From: Octopus vulgaris
Taxonomy: Eukaryota
Reading direction: 5' to 3'
Assembly (NCBI GenBank): GCA_951406725.2
Contig: OX597814.1
Location: forward strand, 84,630,001-84,694,000
Length of the DNA: 64,000 nt
Shown piece by piece: positions 1 through 12,512 of this stretch. A model generated the notes under the pieces. That model saw only the letters and a program-made list of their open reading frames with translations. It had not been told where the DNA came from and ran no database searches. The translations under genes were made by a program, and so were the position numbers. The first letter of the stretch is position 1, and each line of letters starts with the position of its first letter.

Positions 1-976
1 TCTGTTAAACTGTTCAACTCATGCCAGCATGGAAGGCAGACGTTAAACGATGATGGTGGTGTTGGTGGCAGCGGCGGTTGTTGTTGTAACCATGTCTGTG
101 TAACAGCTTGGATGTTGTTTTATAAAGTCTTTTAATTATGTTATCTTTTACTTGTTTCAGTCATTGGACTGCAGCCATGCTCCTGTACCACCTAAAAATT
201 TAGTCAAACAAATCTTCAAAGTGTAATACTTTTTTTTTTAAGGCTGGTGCTTATTCTGTCTCTCTTTTTGTTGAACCACTAAGCTGTAGGGACATAAACA
301 AACCAATAGTCAAATGGTGATGGGGACAATGGCCTGGCTCTCTGTTGGTTACAGTGATGAGTGTTCCAGAGGATATGGTCAGCAGAACAGCTTGCTTGTG
401 AAATTAGCATGCAGGTGGCTGAGCACTCCACAGACAATTGTACTCTTAATGTAATTCTCTTGGAGATTCAGTGTGACATAGAATATGACAAGGCTGGCCC
501 TTTGAACTATAAGTGCTAGTCATTTTCACCAGCCGAGTGGACTGGAGCAATGAAAACTAAAGTGTCTTGCTCAAGGACACAATACACAACCAGGTATCAA
601 ACTCACATCCTTACAATCATGAGCTGAATACCCTAGCCACTAAACTGTGTGCCTTTACAAGCACAAAGACATACGCACATAAATACATGCTTACACACTC
701 ACACACACGATATGCTTCTTTTTGTTGCCATCTACCAAATTCACTCACAAAGCTTTCATTAACCTGATTGAAGCTATAGTAGAAAATACTCGCCCAAGTG
801 CCATGCAGTGGGACTGAAACCAGAACTCTGGGGATGTCAAACAAACTTCTTACCACACAGTCACACCTGTCCACTGGGAATCATGTAGAAAATAGAAGTT
901 AGAAAAGATAGAGGAATGGTATGAGCATACCCTTGTCCAGTATAACAATGTCTTAAGTTAGCAAAACCGTTTAAGA

Positions 977-1221
977 AAGTGGTTCTCTACTAGGTTCCAT
1001 ATGGCTCTTAGGGGTACATATTTAATTTTGTTGTTAAAATTTATGTGCAATAAACTGGTCATACATCTACAATACACAGATTATTTTAATTATTTTATGC
1101 AATTCATAATATTAAATTACAAAAATTACAATAGGATTTCTTTTTATATTCATTGAATGGCTATATGAGTCTAGTAAAGTAAAATAGGAGTCCATAAGCA
1201 AAAAATGGTTGAAAACCAGTG
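977..1221. mobile_element. hAT MITE (older)
   Basis: 8-bp TSD GTTTAAGA on both sides, degenerate CAGTGGTT-type TIRs. Confidence 0.8.
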
Positions 1222-1299
1222 GTTTAAGATTTCGCAACAGGGAGAGAGAGGGAAGGCTTTATATTGTTGTGAATAAGAAATCAAGTGAATGTAAAATAA

Positions 1300-1390
1300 T
1301 TGATATTGTAATACCTGGCAACAGTAGAATTGTGATCAAGGAACAAAAAGTAGAAAAGCATCAAAATCTTCAGTGAGAAATCGTAAATGA
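1300..1390 (+). mobile_element. R4/Dong-clade endonuclease remnant
   Basis: IDIVIPGNSRIVIKEQKVEKHQNL resembles the DIAVPGD.RI..KE.EK..KY..L segment of this clade. Confidence 0.5.
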
Positions 1391-1616
1391 TGATCATTTA
1401 TGGAAGATAACATGTAATAACAGTAGTGATAATATTTCCAGGTATAATCTTGAAAGGATTAATTGGAAAATTGGCAAAGTCATTAGAGCATAGTTCAAAA
1501 TACTTTGAAGTATTTGTTCCAGCTCTCTGTGTTCTGAATTAGGACCTTCATTGAGAAATTGTAACTAGCTGGTCATTTATGGAAGATAACAGTAGTGATA
1601 AAATCTACAGCTATAG

Positions 1617-1842
1617 CAGTAGTTTCCAAAGTGGGGGTGGGGTACATTAAAGAGAAACAGGGTGACTAAAAGTGGGTAATGGATATAAGAAAAACCAAAA
1701 TAAGGGGTTAATTAGGTAAAGTTTTATTTGTGAAATGCAGTTGTTTTGAATTTACTGTAGAAAGTGGTCTATATGTGTTGTGCACTAGGAATGTGGCCTG
1801 GGTGTCAAGGGGCAGTAGCCTGAAAAGGTTTGGAAACTACTG
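1617..1842. mobile_element. hAT MITE
   Basis: 14-bp TIR CAGTAGTTTCCAAA and 8-bp TSD AGCTATAG on both sides. Confidence 0.93.
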
Positions 1843-3334
1843 AGCTATAGTTTTGAATAGACTAGTTGGCAAATTGGCAGAGTCATTAAAGCATAGTCCA
1901 AAATACCTTGCAGTATTTGTTGCAGATCTCTGTGCTCTGTGTTCAAATCCAACGAAAGTCAACTTGTATTCTTTCAGGGTTGATTGAGGAAAGTACCAGT
2001 CCTGAGTGGTGGTAGACTGATGGAATTGTTAGAACATTTGATAGATATACTTTATATTCTGTGTTCTTTTGTGAGTGCCCTCATCTGTCACCCAGTCACT
2101 TGGACCTCAGGTTCCTTGGCAAAGTTCCCACTTTTGCAAGCATTCAGGGCAGGTTTCTGTTTTAAGAATAATTTTCTCCTTTCCTTTCACTATTTTCAGA
2201 TCCCTGCTAAAATACAGAGTTAAGGACATTGTACTTCCCTTGCTAACTAAATAGTTAAAAAGGAAAGAGACAAATGGCTAACCATATCTTGCATCTTTTA
2301 GTTATTTTAGTCATTGGATTGTGGCCATGCTAGAGCATCATCTTAAAAGATTTTTAGTTGAACAAATTGACCCCAGTACTTATTTTATAAAATCTGCTAC
2401 TTATTTTATCAGCCTCTTTCACCAAGTTGATAAGTTACAGGGACATAAACAAACCACCAATGGTTGTCAAGCATTGGTAGAGGACGAACATAAGCATAAA
2501 GACACACACATGCATGCGCGCACACATACACACACATGGCAGACTTGTTTTAGCTTCCATCTACCAAATTCACTCACATGGCTTTGGTTGGCCTGAGACT
2601 ATAGCAGATGCCCTAGATGCTATGCAGTGGGAATGAAGCTAGGACCATTGCTTGGGAAGCAAACTTCATATTACAGCCACGCCTCAGCCTAGAAATCAAT
2701 TTTTAAATAGACTCTACCTCTACCCCCACCCTCCAACATACCCCTCAATTTGTAACAGAATATTAAGAATGCTCTAGATTAAACATCAAAGGCTTTAAGA
2801 CCAAAATTATTAACTAACTATTTTGCAAAAGGCAGCAAACTCTTGTCAAGTTCTTTGAATAGAGAAAATAATATTTGTAAAGATGGGTTATAATTAATTG
2901 GTTCAACAAAACTAGCAAGCTAGTGGTACTTAGCATTGATCATTGAGGTATGAAGAACAAAAGTTACTTAAATAGTACTGGTGCTGGTGCCACATAAGAA
3001 ATACTGATGGTGCCTTGTAAAAAACACCTGGTACCCTCTGTGGGGTGGTTGGCATTAGGAAATGCATCCAGCCATAGAAACCAAACCAAAACAGGCTATG
3101 GAACCTGGTTTGGCCTCTGGCCTTGCCAGTTCATGTCAAGCTGTCCAACCCATGCTGGTATGGAAAATGGATGTTAAATGCTGCTGCTGTTGATGATGAT
3201 TATCTAAAACTATGTTATTCAATCTGTCCTTTCTTTTTTAAATTAGTAAGTTCAGTGATTACATAAAAAGCTCCTTTGTTAGCTTGTTGCTATTTCTAAA
3301 CCTTGTCTAACATTTTCCCTTTCTTTATTTACAG

Positions 3335-3478
3335 TGGATGTTCTCGAATCAAACGTGTATCTGTGTGGAGAGTTGATTCAGATGGAGACAATGACCTTCA
3401 TTAGTGGCCTTAATAAAGACAAGTTTTGTCAAAATTTTCAGTTATGATATTATTCATGTTTCAGTGTATATAAATAAA
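3335..3478 (+). CDS. Probable 3'-terminal exon of an unidentified upstream gene (reading frame uncertain)
   Basis: Branch-point-like gtctaac (3305-3311), clean pyrimidine tract and tacag| at 3334. One frame gives GCSRIKRVSVWRVDSDGDNDLH* (stop 3402-3404). AATAAA at 3412 and 3473, followed by a GT/T-rich tract. Unique sequence among repeats. Confidence 0.5.
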
Positions 3479-5481
3479 ATGTTACTGTTACTTTATTTAT
3501 TTATTTTTTTATTTAATTTTTATGTAATATAATATGTAATATGATATAGCATGGTCAAATAGTTTAGAAGTTTGCTTTGTAGTTCCACAGTTCCAGGTTC
3601 AATCCCAATACACTACATTTTGGGCAACTCTTTTATCTTAGCCTCAGGTCAACTGAAACCATGTGATTGAAATTGGGTAGATGGAAACTGTGGAAAACCC
3701 TAACAAATGGATTGTACTTGTAATTTGAATGGAGAATGATAGGAAGAAAGAAGAGTAGTTAGAGGTTTGCTTATCTGAATTTTTCCATAGTCACGTCAAG
3801 AAAGATAGATGAGACAAAGATTGTGTGAGATAAATTTATGAAAGTTAGAAAACAGATGCAGATGGGGTTAGCAGAGAGAAAGAGTGTGTAAGACAGGTAG
3901 GAGAAATCATGGCAAAAGAAGAGAAAAAGATGCACAAAGTGTGTAATTACAGATGTTTATAATAAGAACAAGGTGCAGTGCTGTCACACAATCATGCTGA
4001 TTCTACCTGAGAATTGTGTTAAGGATACACATGTTTTTGGAGTGTTCAACCATTTACATGCAAATTCAATGAGCATATTGTTCAGTTGTTCAAACAGTTT
4101 ATTACTCATTGTTGAAACTGATAATGACTAATGTATTATAATGTGTTTGTTTTCCCTACAACTCATATTCCAAATTAACACTTCTTTGCAGCTATGATTT
4201 TTTTTACAAAAGCTAGGTCTCTAAAGAAGTCTGGTTCTGAAAGTTCCATTAGAACACTGATGTTGAGCTATATTAACAATTACTGTTCCCTTAGTTTTAC
4301 ATGCCGTCAATGTTAAGATTGAGTAACTGCTGGAAAATATTAGCTGATCTTCTCTATTTGCTAATGTCTACACCTTTGGAGATAACATTGTTACGTCTCT
4401 TGGGATATTTATGTATTTACTCCACAACAAGACACCTACCTCTATTCCTCTGTACCTTTAATCTCCCAGCTGACACAAAGTCACGACTCCTTTCAATCCT
4501 ACTCCCTCCCTCCATGTTGAAGGATTGTTTTGTTTTGCAAGGAACTTAGTGATCCTGACAGTGAGGGTGCTACATATTACTTTATTGCCCACAAGGGGCT
4601 AAACATAGAGGGGACAAAGGGATTAAGTTGATTACATTGACCCCAGTGCATAACTGGTACTTAATTTATCGACCCTGAAAGGATGAAAGGCAAAGTTAAC
4701 CTTGCTGGAATTTGAACTTGGAATGTAACAGCAGAAAAAATACCGCTAAGCATTTCGCCCGGCATGCTAACATTTCTGCTAGCTCACCGTCTTTCTTGAG
4801 AGTGCTACATAAAAAGCGCTCATGCAGTGCCATGTAAAAGCACCCAGCACACCCTGTAAAATGATTGGCATTAGGAAGAGCATCCAACTGTAGAAACCAT
4901 GTCAAAACAAACAATGGAGCCTAGAGCAGCTCTTGGCCTTGCCAGTTCCTGTCAATCTGACCAACTCATGCCAGTATTGAAAGTGGATGTTAAATGATAA
5001 TAATGATGGTGGTGATGATGATCCTCTTCCAATTAGCTTTTGGCAAGCAGAGATACCATCAACAAGTGACAAATGATTGTATCAGATCCAGTCCTCGATG
5101 CTTATTTTATTGACTCCTGAAGGGTGAAAAGCTGAGTTAGCCTCAGTGAGAGTGGGACTCGTAACATATAAAGATTTCTACCTAAACACCACATGGCATT
5201 TTCTCTGACATGTTAACATATTGGTTTCAGACAATTCATTGCTCTAGTGGTCATTTACAGGAGCAATTCACAATCATTTTGCTTTTATAGTGCACTTTTA
5301 CAGAAAATAAGAAATTATTGGTGCCTTTTCAATGATGTTAAAAAAACAAACACCAGTTTTTAGTTAAAGATTGATTTTATATATATATATATATGTCATA
5401 TATATATGTCATATATATATATGTCATGTATATATATATATGTTATATGTATATATGTTATATATATATATATATATATAT

Positions 5482-5581
5482 AAAAACCCTCCTTCCCTTC
5501 TTTCCTGAGCGTCAATAATACTTTAATTGTTCCACGATCTGCGTTGCTGTGTTTTTTTCTGTGTTTTCTTGTTTGGATTAA

Positions 5582-5637
<56 letters not shown>

Positions 5638-5717
5638 ATATGTGTGTGTGTTATATATATATATATATATATAACATATATATATATATGTATTATATAT
5701 AGCATATATATATTTGT

Positions 5718-5749
<32 letters not shown>

Positions 5750-6240
5750 AGGTGAATAAAGATTTGGGGAGGAAAAATTCAAAAGGTGTGTGGAGAAAAA
5801 ACAAAAGGCGTGAGGAGAAAAAATGCAAAAGGTGTGAGAAAAATTTTATGCGAGAGGTGGGAGAAGAAAATAAAAACAAGGAAAGAAAAGACGTAGGTGG
5901 AAGAAAAGGGGTAGAAGGGGAAAATAGAAGACGAAAGGGAGGGAGAGAGAGGCAAGGTAACAGGTGCAGATTAGAGAAAAAAGAATAAGAACAATCAAAA
6001 GTTAAGTTCAAAAGCTTCGAACGTTGTAGTGTATTGGAACGATTTATCATCAACAGAGGAGTCCAGTGTAATCCATGGGCAGGAGAGGTGCAACTGAAGT
6101 GTACAAAAAAAAAAGTATTCAAATCTAGAAAGAACCCACCGACAAACCAACATCGAACCAGATTTGAAGAAGAATTATGTAGTATTGTCAAGAACGTGAA
6201 GTTCAGGAAGTACCCTAATACACAAAGGGCAACGTTTCCA
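5482..6240 (+). mobile_element. Penelope-like element remnants (pLTR-type tail and N-terminal ORF fragment) in (TA)n
   Basis: FKSRKNPP..RFEEELCSIVKNVKFRK (6120-6210) resembles the pre-RT region of PLE ORFs. Segment 5482-5585 resembles the tail of the repeat at 38080-38280. Confidence 0.55.
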
Positions 6241-8774
6241 ATAATCTAGCCTCATTGTGTTTGCTACAACATAAAAGAAATCTTGCTCAAATCTTAATTC
6301 ACCAACTTGAACAATTAAGGACACATTGCATAATGTATGTATTGTATTAAAAAGAAAAATGAAGTCTTGAAGGTCAAAGCTGTGAACATCTGACCTGTGT
6401 CTAAAATCAGTAGCTGTAACATAATGAGTTATAACCCTTTAGCATTGAGATTACTTTGTCAAAAGTAATGCTTATTTATTCGCATTGTTTTGAATTGATC
6501 ATGCACTATTTGATAGCCTTGAGATTTTGATGGTGTGATTGTTTATTTTTAAAATGACATTGTAGGATAGGTGTGAGAGGCCAGAGCTGGCTGATTTGAA
6601 GATGAAACGTAAAATATTTTGGTTGGATATGGCCAGTTTAAATGCTAAAGGGTTATAGAAAGTTGTTAAATGGCTTCCAGTGTAGTATTCTTTTCACATC
6701 TAGAATTCATAGCAATACTTGACTGGGAATTTATTTGATTCATCCTGGAAGGATAAGATTAATATTGCTCTTGGTGAAATTTGATCTGCAAATCTAGAAG
6801 AGATAAAAGATATGACCCCAAGAGAGCCAATACAGATAACTGTTCTGCAAATTATGCCATTGTATTGTCCACCCCACTTGTTTAATAACAATAGTTACTC
6901 TGATTGACAAGGGAAGGCACGTGGCCTGGTGGTTCGAGGTGTTGTATTCACAATCATAAGATCGTGGTTTTGATTCTTGGACTGGGTGGTGTAGTGTGCT
7001 CTTGAACAAAAACAATTTTACTTTGTTCCAGTTCATTCGGATGTAACCTTGTGATGGACTGGTATCCTGTTCAGGGGAAGAAATGTGATTTCAATCACTT
7101 ATATGTCATAGAAACCAGGTATCTGAGCCTTGTGGTTCCTATGACTCAACCCAGTAATTAAATTTACAAAAAACTCAGGCATTTCAGAGAAGAAATACAT
7201 CACCTTCGTCAGCTACTTTGGAAAATTTGAACACTTTTTGAATAGACACAATATTTCGATTAGAGAAGTTTTCTTTTTTGTTTTTGTAACTTGTAAATTT
7301 ATTTCACTTAGCTCAAATTTGTTTTAATATGCTATGCTGCTTTTGTTAAGTATATGAAAACAAGGATTAATGACCTGTAGGGACACGGTATTTTGTTATG
7401 CAACCATAATATACTACAAAGTATATGTAATGATCTCATTACATCTGCTGTCTTGGATATGAAACATCTTAAAATCAGTGCTAGCTATAATTTCTATAAA
7501 AAATCTGTCAAAATAAGTGATGAAATCAAGGATATTCTTATTATAAGCACATTCAGCAGAATTACATACATATGTATATATGTGTCCCTTGCAACCCTTT
7601 TCAGCTGAGCATCCCTAATCTTGCAGGCTCATAAGTGTTGGTGCCATGTAAAAAGCACCCATACCAGTGCTGCGTAAAAGCACTCAGTATATTCTATAAA
7701 GTGGTTGGCATTAGGAAGGGCATACAGCCATAGAAACCATGCCAAAACAGACATGGAGCCTGAACAGCCCTTCAGGTGGTCAGCATCTGTCAAACCGTTC
7801 AACTCATGCCAGCATAGAAAATGGATACAAAAATGATGATGAGGAGGAGGACATGCACATACATACACATGTGTACATAGTTTAATGACAATCATATTAC
7901 AAACCAATGATCATGACATGGGAGCTATGTGTGAAGGTAGTAATAGTCAACATTCATCAGAAAGATAGTGTATGGATTTTGTATGAACAGAGTGAGGGGG
8001 AGGGAGAGAAAGGTTACTGCAGAAGTCCTGATTGCAAAATCTTTTAGGAAAGGGTAAAAATAAAATTATAAATAGAGAAATATTATCATTAGCAGGAGTT
8101 TACGAGTGCAAATTGGAGGAAAAATCAGTTTGGAAATCCAGTTCAGAAAGGACAAAGCATTATAAATGTAGAAAGAGGAAGGGAAAGAGAAAAGGGGGAA
8201 AATCTTCCAAGCAGCAGCTGGTGAGAATGCCAGATACTGATAATCCCCAAATAAGAAGAAATGCATCTGGCATTCTTGCCAGCCACTGCTAGGATGATTC
8301 TCATCTGCCTCCAATATATATTGCATTTTTAAATGCAGCTTGTCTATAAGAAATACCCCTGGAAGAATACTGCAATAAATTTGCTTTAGGTGATGTATTT
8401 ACATTAAGTGTGATACACAGATGGCTATTTTAATCCAATACTGCTTTTTTTGCATATAACAGATATATATGTACATATGCTTGTGTTTGTCCCCCCCACC
8501 ACCATTGCTTGACATCTGGTGTTGGTATGTTTACGTCCCCGTAACTTAGCAGTACAGCAAAAGAGACCAGTAGGATAAGTACTAGGGTCGATTTGTTCGA
8601 CTGAAGGTGGTCCTCCAGCATGGCTGCAATCAAATGACTGAAACAAACGAACAGAAAAAGAATATATATATACATACAGGCATGGCACTGGCACCTTGGA
8701 AAAGTGTTTTCTACTATAGCCTCAGGCCGACCAAAGCCTTGTGAGTGGATTTGGTAGACGGAAACTGAAAGAAT

Positions 8775-9315
8775 ATGGTTTTGTTATATGGCACCATATT
8801 TTATATTCCTGTAAATAATAATAATGGTATTTTTATATAAGCTTAAATGACTTGGGAAAATAGTCTAATAATGGAGTATATAAGCCCTGTGGATAGGAAA
8901 GTCTTCTTTTTCCTGTCAAGGGCTTATATGCTCCGTTATGAGACTATTTTCCTTAGTCATTGCACGGTGATCTCCATAAGCTTTAAGCTTATATAAAAAT
9001 ACCATTATTATTATTTACAGGATTGTAAAATATGGTGCCATATAACAAAACCATTCACACCGAAAGCATATAGAAAGTTTGTTTACATTAAAAAAAAATA
9101 TACACTAACATAGTTCTTAAATTTGGTAGAAACAAGGAGGCTAATTTGCTGGTGTAAAGGAAACACACTTAGTCACGTTAACAAAGGGATGTGGGTTTGT
9201 GTCCCATGCAGATAGGAAAGCCTTCTTTTTTCTGTCAAGGGCTCATATGCCCTGTTATTAGACTATTTTCTTTAGTCATTGCACAGTGATAGCTTTAAGC
9301 TTATATAAAAATACC

Positions 9316-9320
<5 letters not shown>
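8775..9320. repeat. ~280-bp imperfect fold-back (8775-9054) plus a direct partial copy (~9210-9318), nested in a SINE
   Basis: ATGGTTTTGTTATATGGCACCATATTTT.. pairs with ..AAAATATGGTGCCATATAACAAAACCAT, and the inner arms also pair. The unit GATAGGAAAG..ATACCATT is repeated. Confidence 0.9.
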
Positions 9321-9353
<33 letters not shown>

Positions 9354-9659
9354 GGTCCAACCTATGCCAGTATGGACAACAGACGTTGAATGATGATGAT
9401 ATGCATGTGTGTCTTTGTGTTTGTTTCCCTCCACCCTGGTGTTGGTGTGTTTATATCCTGGTAACTTAACAGTTGGGCAAAAAAGACCAATAGAATAAGT
9501 ACTAGGCTTAAAAAAAGTCCTAGGTGTGATTTGTTGAACTAAAACTCTTCAAGGTGGTATCCCAGCATGACTACAAGCAAATGACTGAATCAAGTAAAAG
9601 ATAAAAGATTGTGTGTATGTATGTGTGCGTGCGTGTGTGTGTGTGTGTGTGAGGTTATT

Positions 9660-11090
9660 CAGCAAGGTGTAATCCTTAGTGACTGGTGCAGCCTCATAAT
9701 CATCTGCTACAATTATAGAGGCATTAGATTACTGTACCAGGTGATAAAGTTGTGGAGAGAGTTATAACTTAATTAGGAACAGAATTAGACTAGATGCAAT
9801 GCAGTTTGATTTTGTCCAGGGAAGAGGCACCACAGATGCTTTTTTCATAGGCAACTGCAATAGAAGTATTTAGCTAAGAACAAGCTGTTGTACTTGGCAT
9901 TTGCTGATCTAGAGAAAGCCTTCGACAAAGTACCTTGCTCTGTGATATGGTGGTCTCTGAGGAAGCTAGGATTAGATGAATGGCTTGTGAAAGCAGTTAG
10001 TGTACATGTAGGTGTTCACCTAGGGTCAGTCCTCAGCATCCTCCTATTCATCATTGTCCTCCTGGTTGTAACAGAGGAATTTAAAACTGTGATCCCATGG
10101 GAACTATTATATGCTGATGATCTTGTCCTACTAGCAGAATCTGTAACAGAACTAGAAATGAAATTCCAGGTATGGAAACAGAACCTGGAGTGAAAGGGTC
10201 TTAAAGAAAACTTAGCAATGACCAAGGTCCTAGTAAGCAAGAAATCAGACAGAACCATTCTGGTAAATGGCCTTGCATGATACGTAGAAAGGATATAGGC
10301 AGAAATTCCATTTAGTGTACTCAGTGCAAACTATGAACATACAAGAGGTGCAGAGGAATCAGTGTTCATATGTGGAAGATGTACAGGAGTCATAAAGTAC
10401 CACAAATACATGGGATACTGATTTCCTTAAATGTCCCAGTTGCTCTCTGGAAGTTGTTGATAAATTCTGCTACCTAGGTTACCTAATTAGCTGTGGTGGA
10501 AGTTGTACAGAAAATGTAATTGCTAGAATAAGAATAGGGTGGATAAAGTTCAGACAGCTTTTACCTCTGTTGGCAACCAAAGGCCTATCTCTCCAAGTGA
10601 AGGGAAGATTGTATGATGTATGTGTATGAATTGGGATGTTGCATGGTAGTGAGACATGGGACCTGAATGCAGAGGTCATGTGAAGGCTGGAGAGGAACAA
10701 AGCTAGTGTGCTTGGCTGGATGTGCAGTGTCAGTGTGCATGAGCAATAAAGCATTGGTGTATTAAGAAAGAAGTCAGTCTTAAGAGGAATTATATGCAGC
10801 ATGCAAGAGAAGAGACAGTTGTATAAAAAACTTCTAATCACTTAAAGTGGAAGGAAGTTGTTGAAGAGGGACATGGTCCCAGCATGACATGGTACACAGT
10901 AATTGAAGGCTGATCTCAAAACACTGAACCTTATGAAGGAGATGATGGAGGACTGAGATGTGTGGTGTATTGCTGTACTTGAGAAGACCTGCCCACCACA
11001 ACAGAACTGAAATCCTAAAACTAAGGTATCATGTAAAAAGCACAGGTGCTAGTGCCACACAAAAAGCATACATTTTGTGGAGTGGTTGGT
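9660..11090 (+). mobile_element. Decayed RTE-clade LINE (RT and C-terminal region, 3' tail)
   Basis: LYLAFADLEKAFDKVP, VGVHLGSVLS, PWELLYADDLVL, FCYLG and downstream ARIRIGW motifs, with many stops. Confidence 0.88.
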
Positions 11091-11499
11091 TCAATAGCTA
11101 GTATTTGGGGTATTAAATTCTCTTAAAACAATAGGTTTATATCCATTTAAAAGAAGAAAAGAAAATGGAGATTAGGAAGTTAATGATTGGTTATTATTAA
11201 TAACAAATTAGTCATGAAACAGTTGTAAGAAGCGAAGATGACCAATTTGTTTATAATAAACAATTATTAACTTCTTAATCACCATTTTCTTTTCTTCTTT
11301 TATATATATATGAACACTGATGTAAAATGTCTTCAGTAATGCCCTAAGGCATTTTGTCCTGCTCTTTATTGATTTTAGCCATCTACTACATTTAATATAA
11401 TCAAATAATTCTGCCATATATGTAAGGCCTGAACTTGGGGGTGGGGGCCTTGATTGGTACATAATTTATCAATTTGTATGTTCAACCTCAAAAGGCTTC

Positions 11500-12510
11500 A
11501 TATGCAGAGATCTAGTTACTGGAAGCTAAACGCATCACTCCTGGTGTACTAAGCTTACAGAGACTAAATTAGTGAATTAGCTAAGTAGGTGTATTGATGG
11601 GAACAGTCGTCAACAACAAATGGTGGTTCACCCTGACAAAAATGATTAGAGTAGAAACAATAAAGTTTGGTGAAGTTATAACGAAGAGAAAATTAAAATA
11701 GGAAGTGACTTAGAAACATTGAAAGAGGCACTGAAGGAAGGCATTACAACTGATGTGGTCATGGTGAGATCATCCCTTGACCAATTCTTCAATGCAAAGC
11801 ATATAAAAACTGCATTTTTAGAGCTAAGGTGTGAGCTTTAAGATACAAGAGGATGAAAGCTGTTCAATGGGCCTGGTGGCAGAGGCACAAATTGCCAGCA
11901 AAGCCATAATCTGATCTTTGATAAAACATAATGAGTGCATGTTACTTGATCCTATGCAAATGTGTACAACTTTTCAGTAGTACTCTGGTTGACTGTTCAG
12001 AACAAATGGTAGCTTCGAATGCAAGATGGATTTCACTACCTACTTTGATGGCCTGTTATGGCTCCTGGCAAAAGAGGCTGAGCTCAAAATTTTGGCCAAG
12101 ATGTTTGTAAAGAGGTTGGTACTTGTCATTGGTAGTCTAATTGGTGATGCACAAACATGATAGTGTAATTGGTGATGCGCAAACATGCAACATGCCAAAA
12201 TGATCTATCCATGCCTTCACCTTCACTATATGCAATTCATGCAATACATCATTGAGAGTGTGGGTGAAAAACCTGACACAGATAGGATCCTGATCAATTT
12301 AAACCAATCGAAATGTTTCAATAGGGTTGACCACCAATACTCAGGTGGTTGTTTTTATGGCAGCTAGTTTTGATCCTGTCTTCCATGTATGGATTGTCAT
12401 AATGTAATGTACATTGATATCTGCTTGGTTGTTAGAGTAAATGGTTGACTTTGGAACCATTCAAGCACCATGAACTTAATCTATTGAGATTGCTTCCTCT
12501 CATTTCTGTG
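11500..12510 (+). mobile_element. Decayed L1/Tx1-like LINE RT fragment
   Basis: Remnants KILAKMFVKRL, LINLNQSKCFNRVDHQY and VRVNG. Ends at the Tigger TA site. Confidence 0.6.
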
Positions 12511-12512
12511 TA

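Noticed and set aside
5523-6191. 222-aa minus-strand ORF and overlapping YIYI/K-rich ORFs
   Set aside because: Products of (TA)n and purine-rich low-complexity sequence. Only the + strand PLE-like segment is meaningful.
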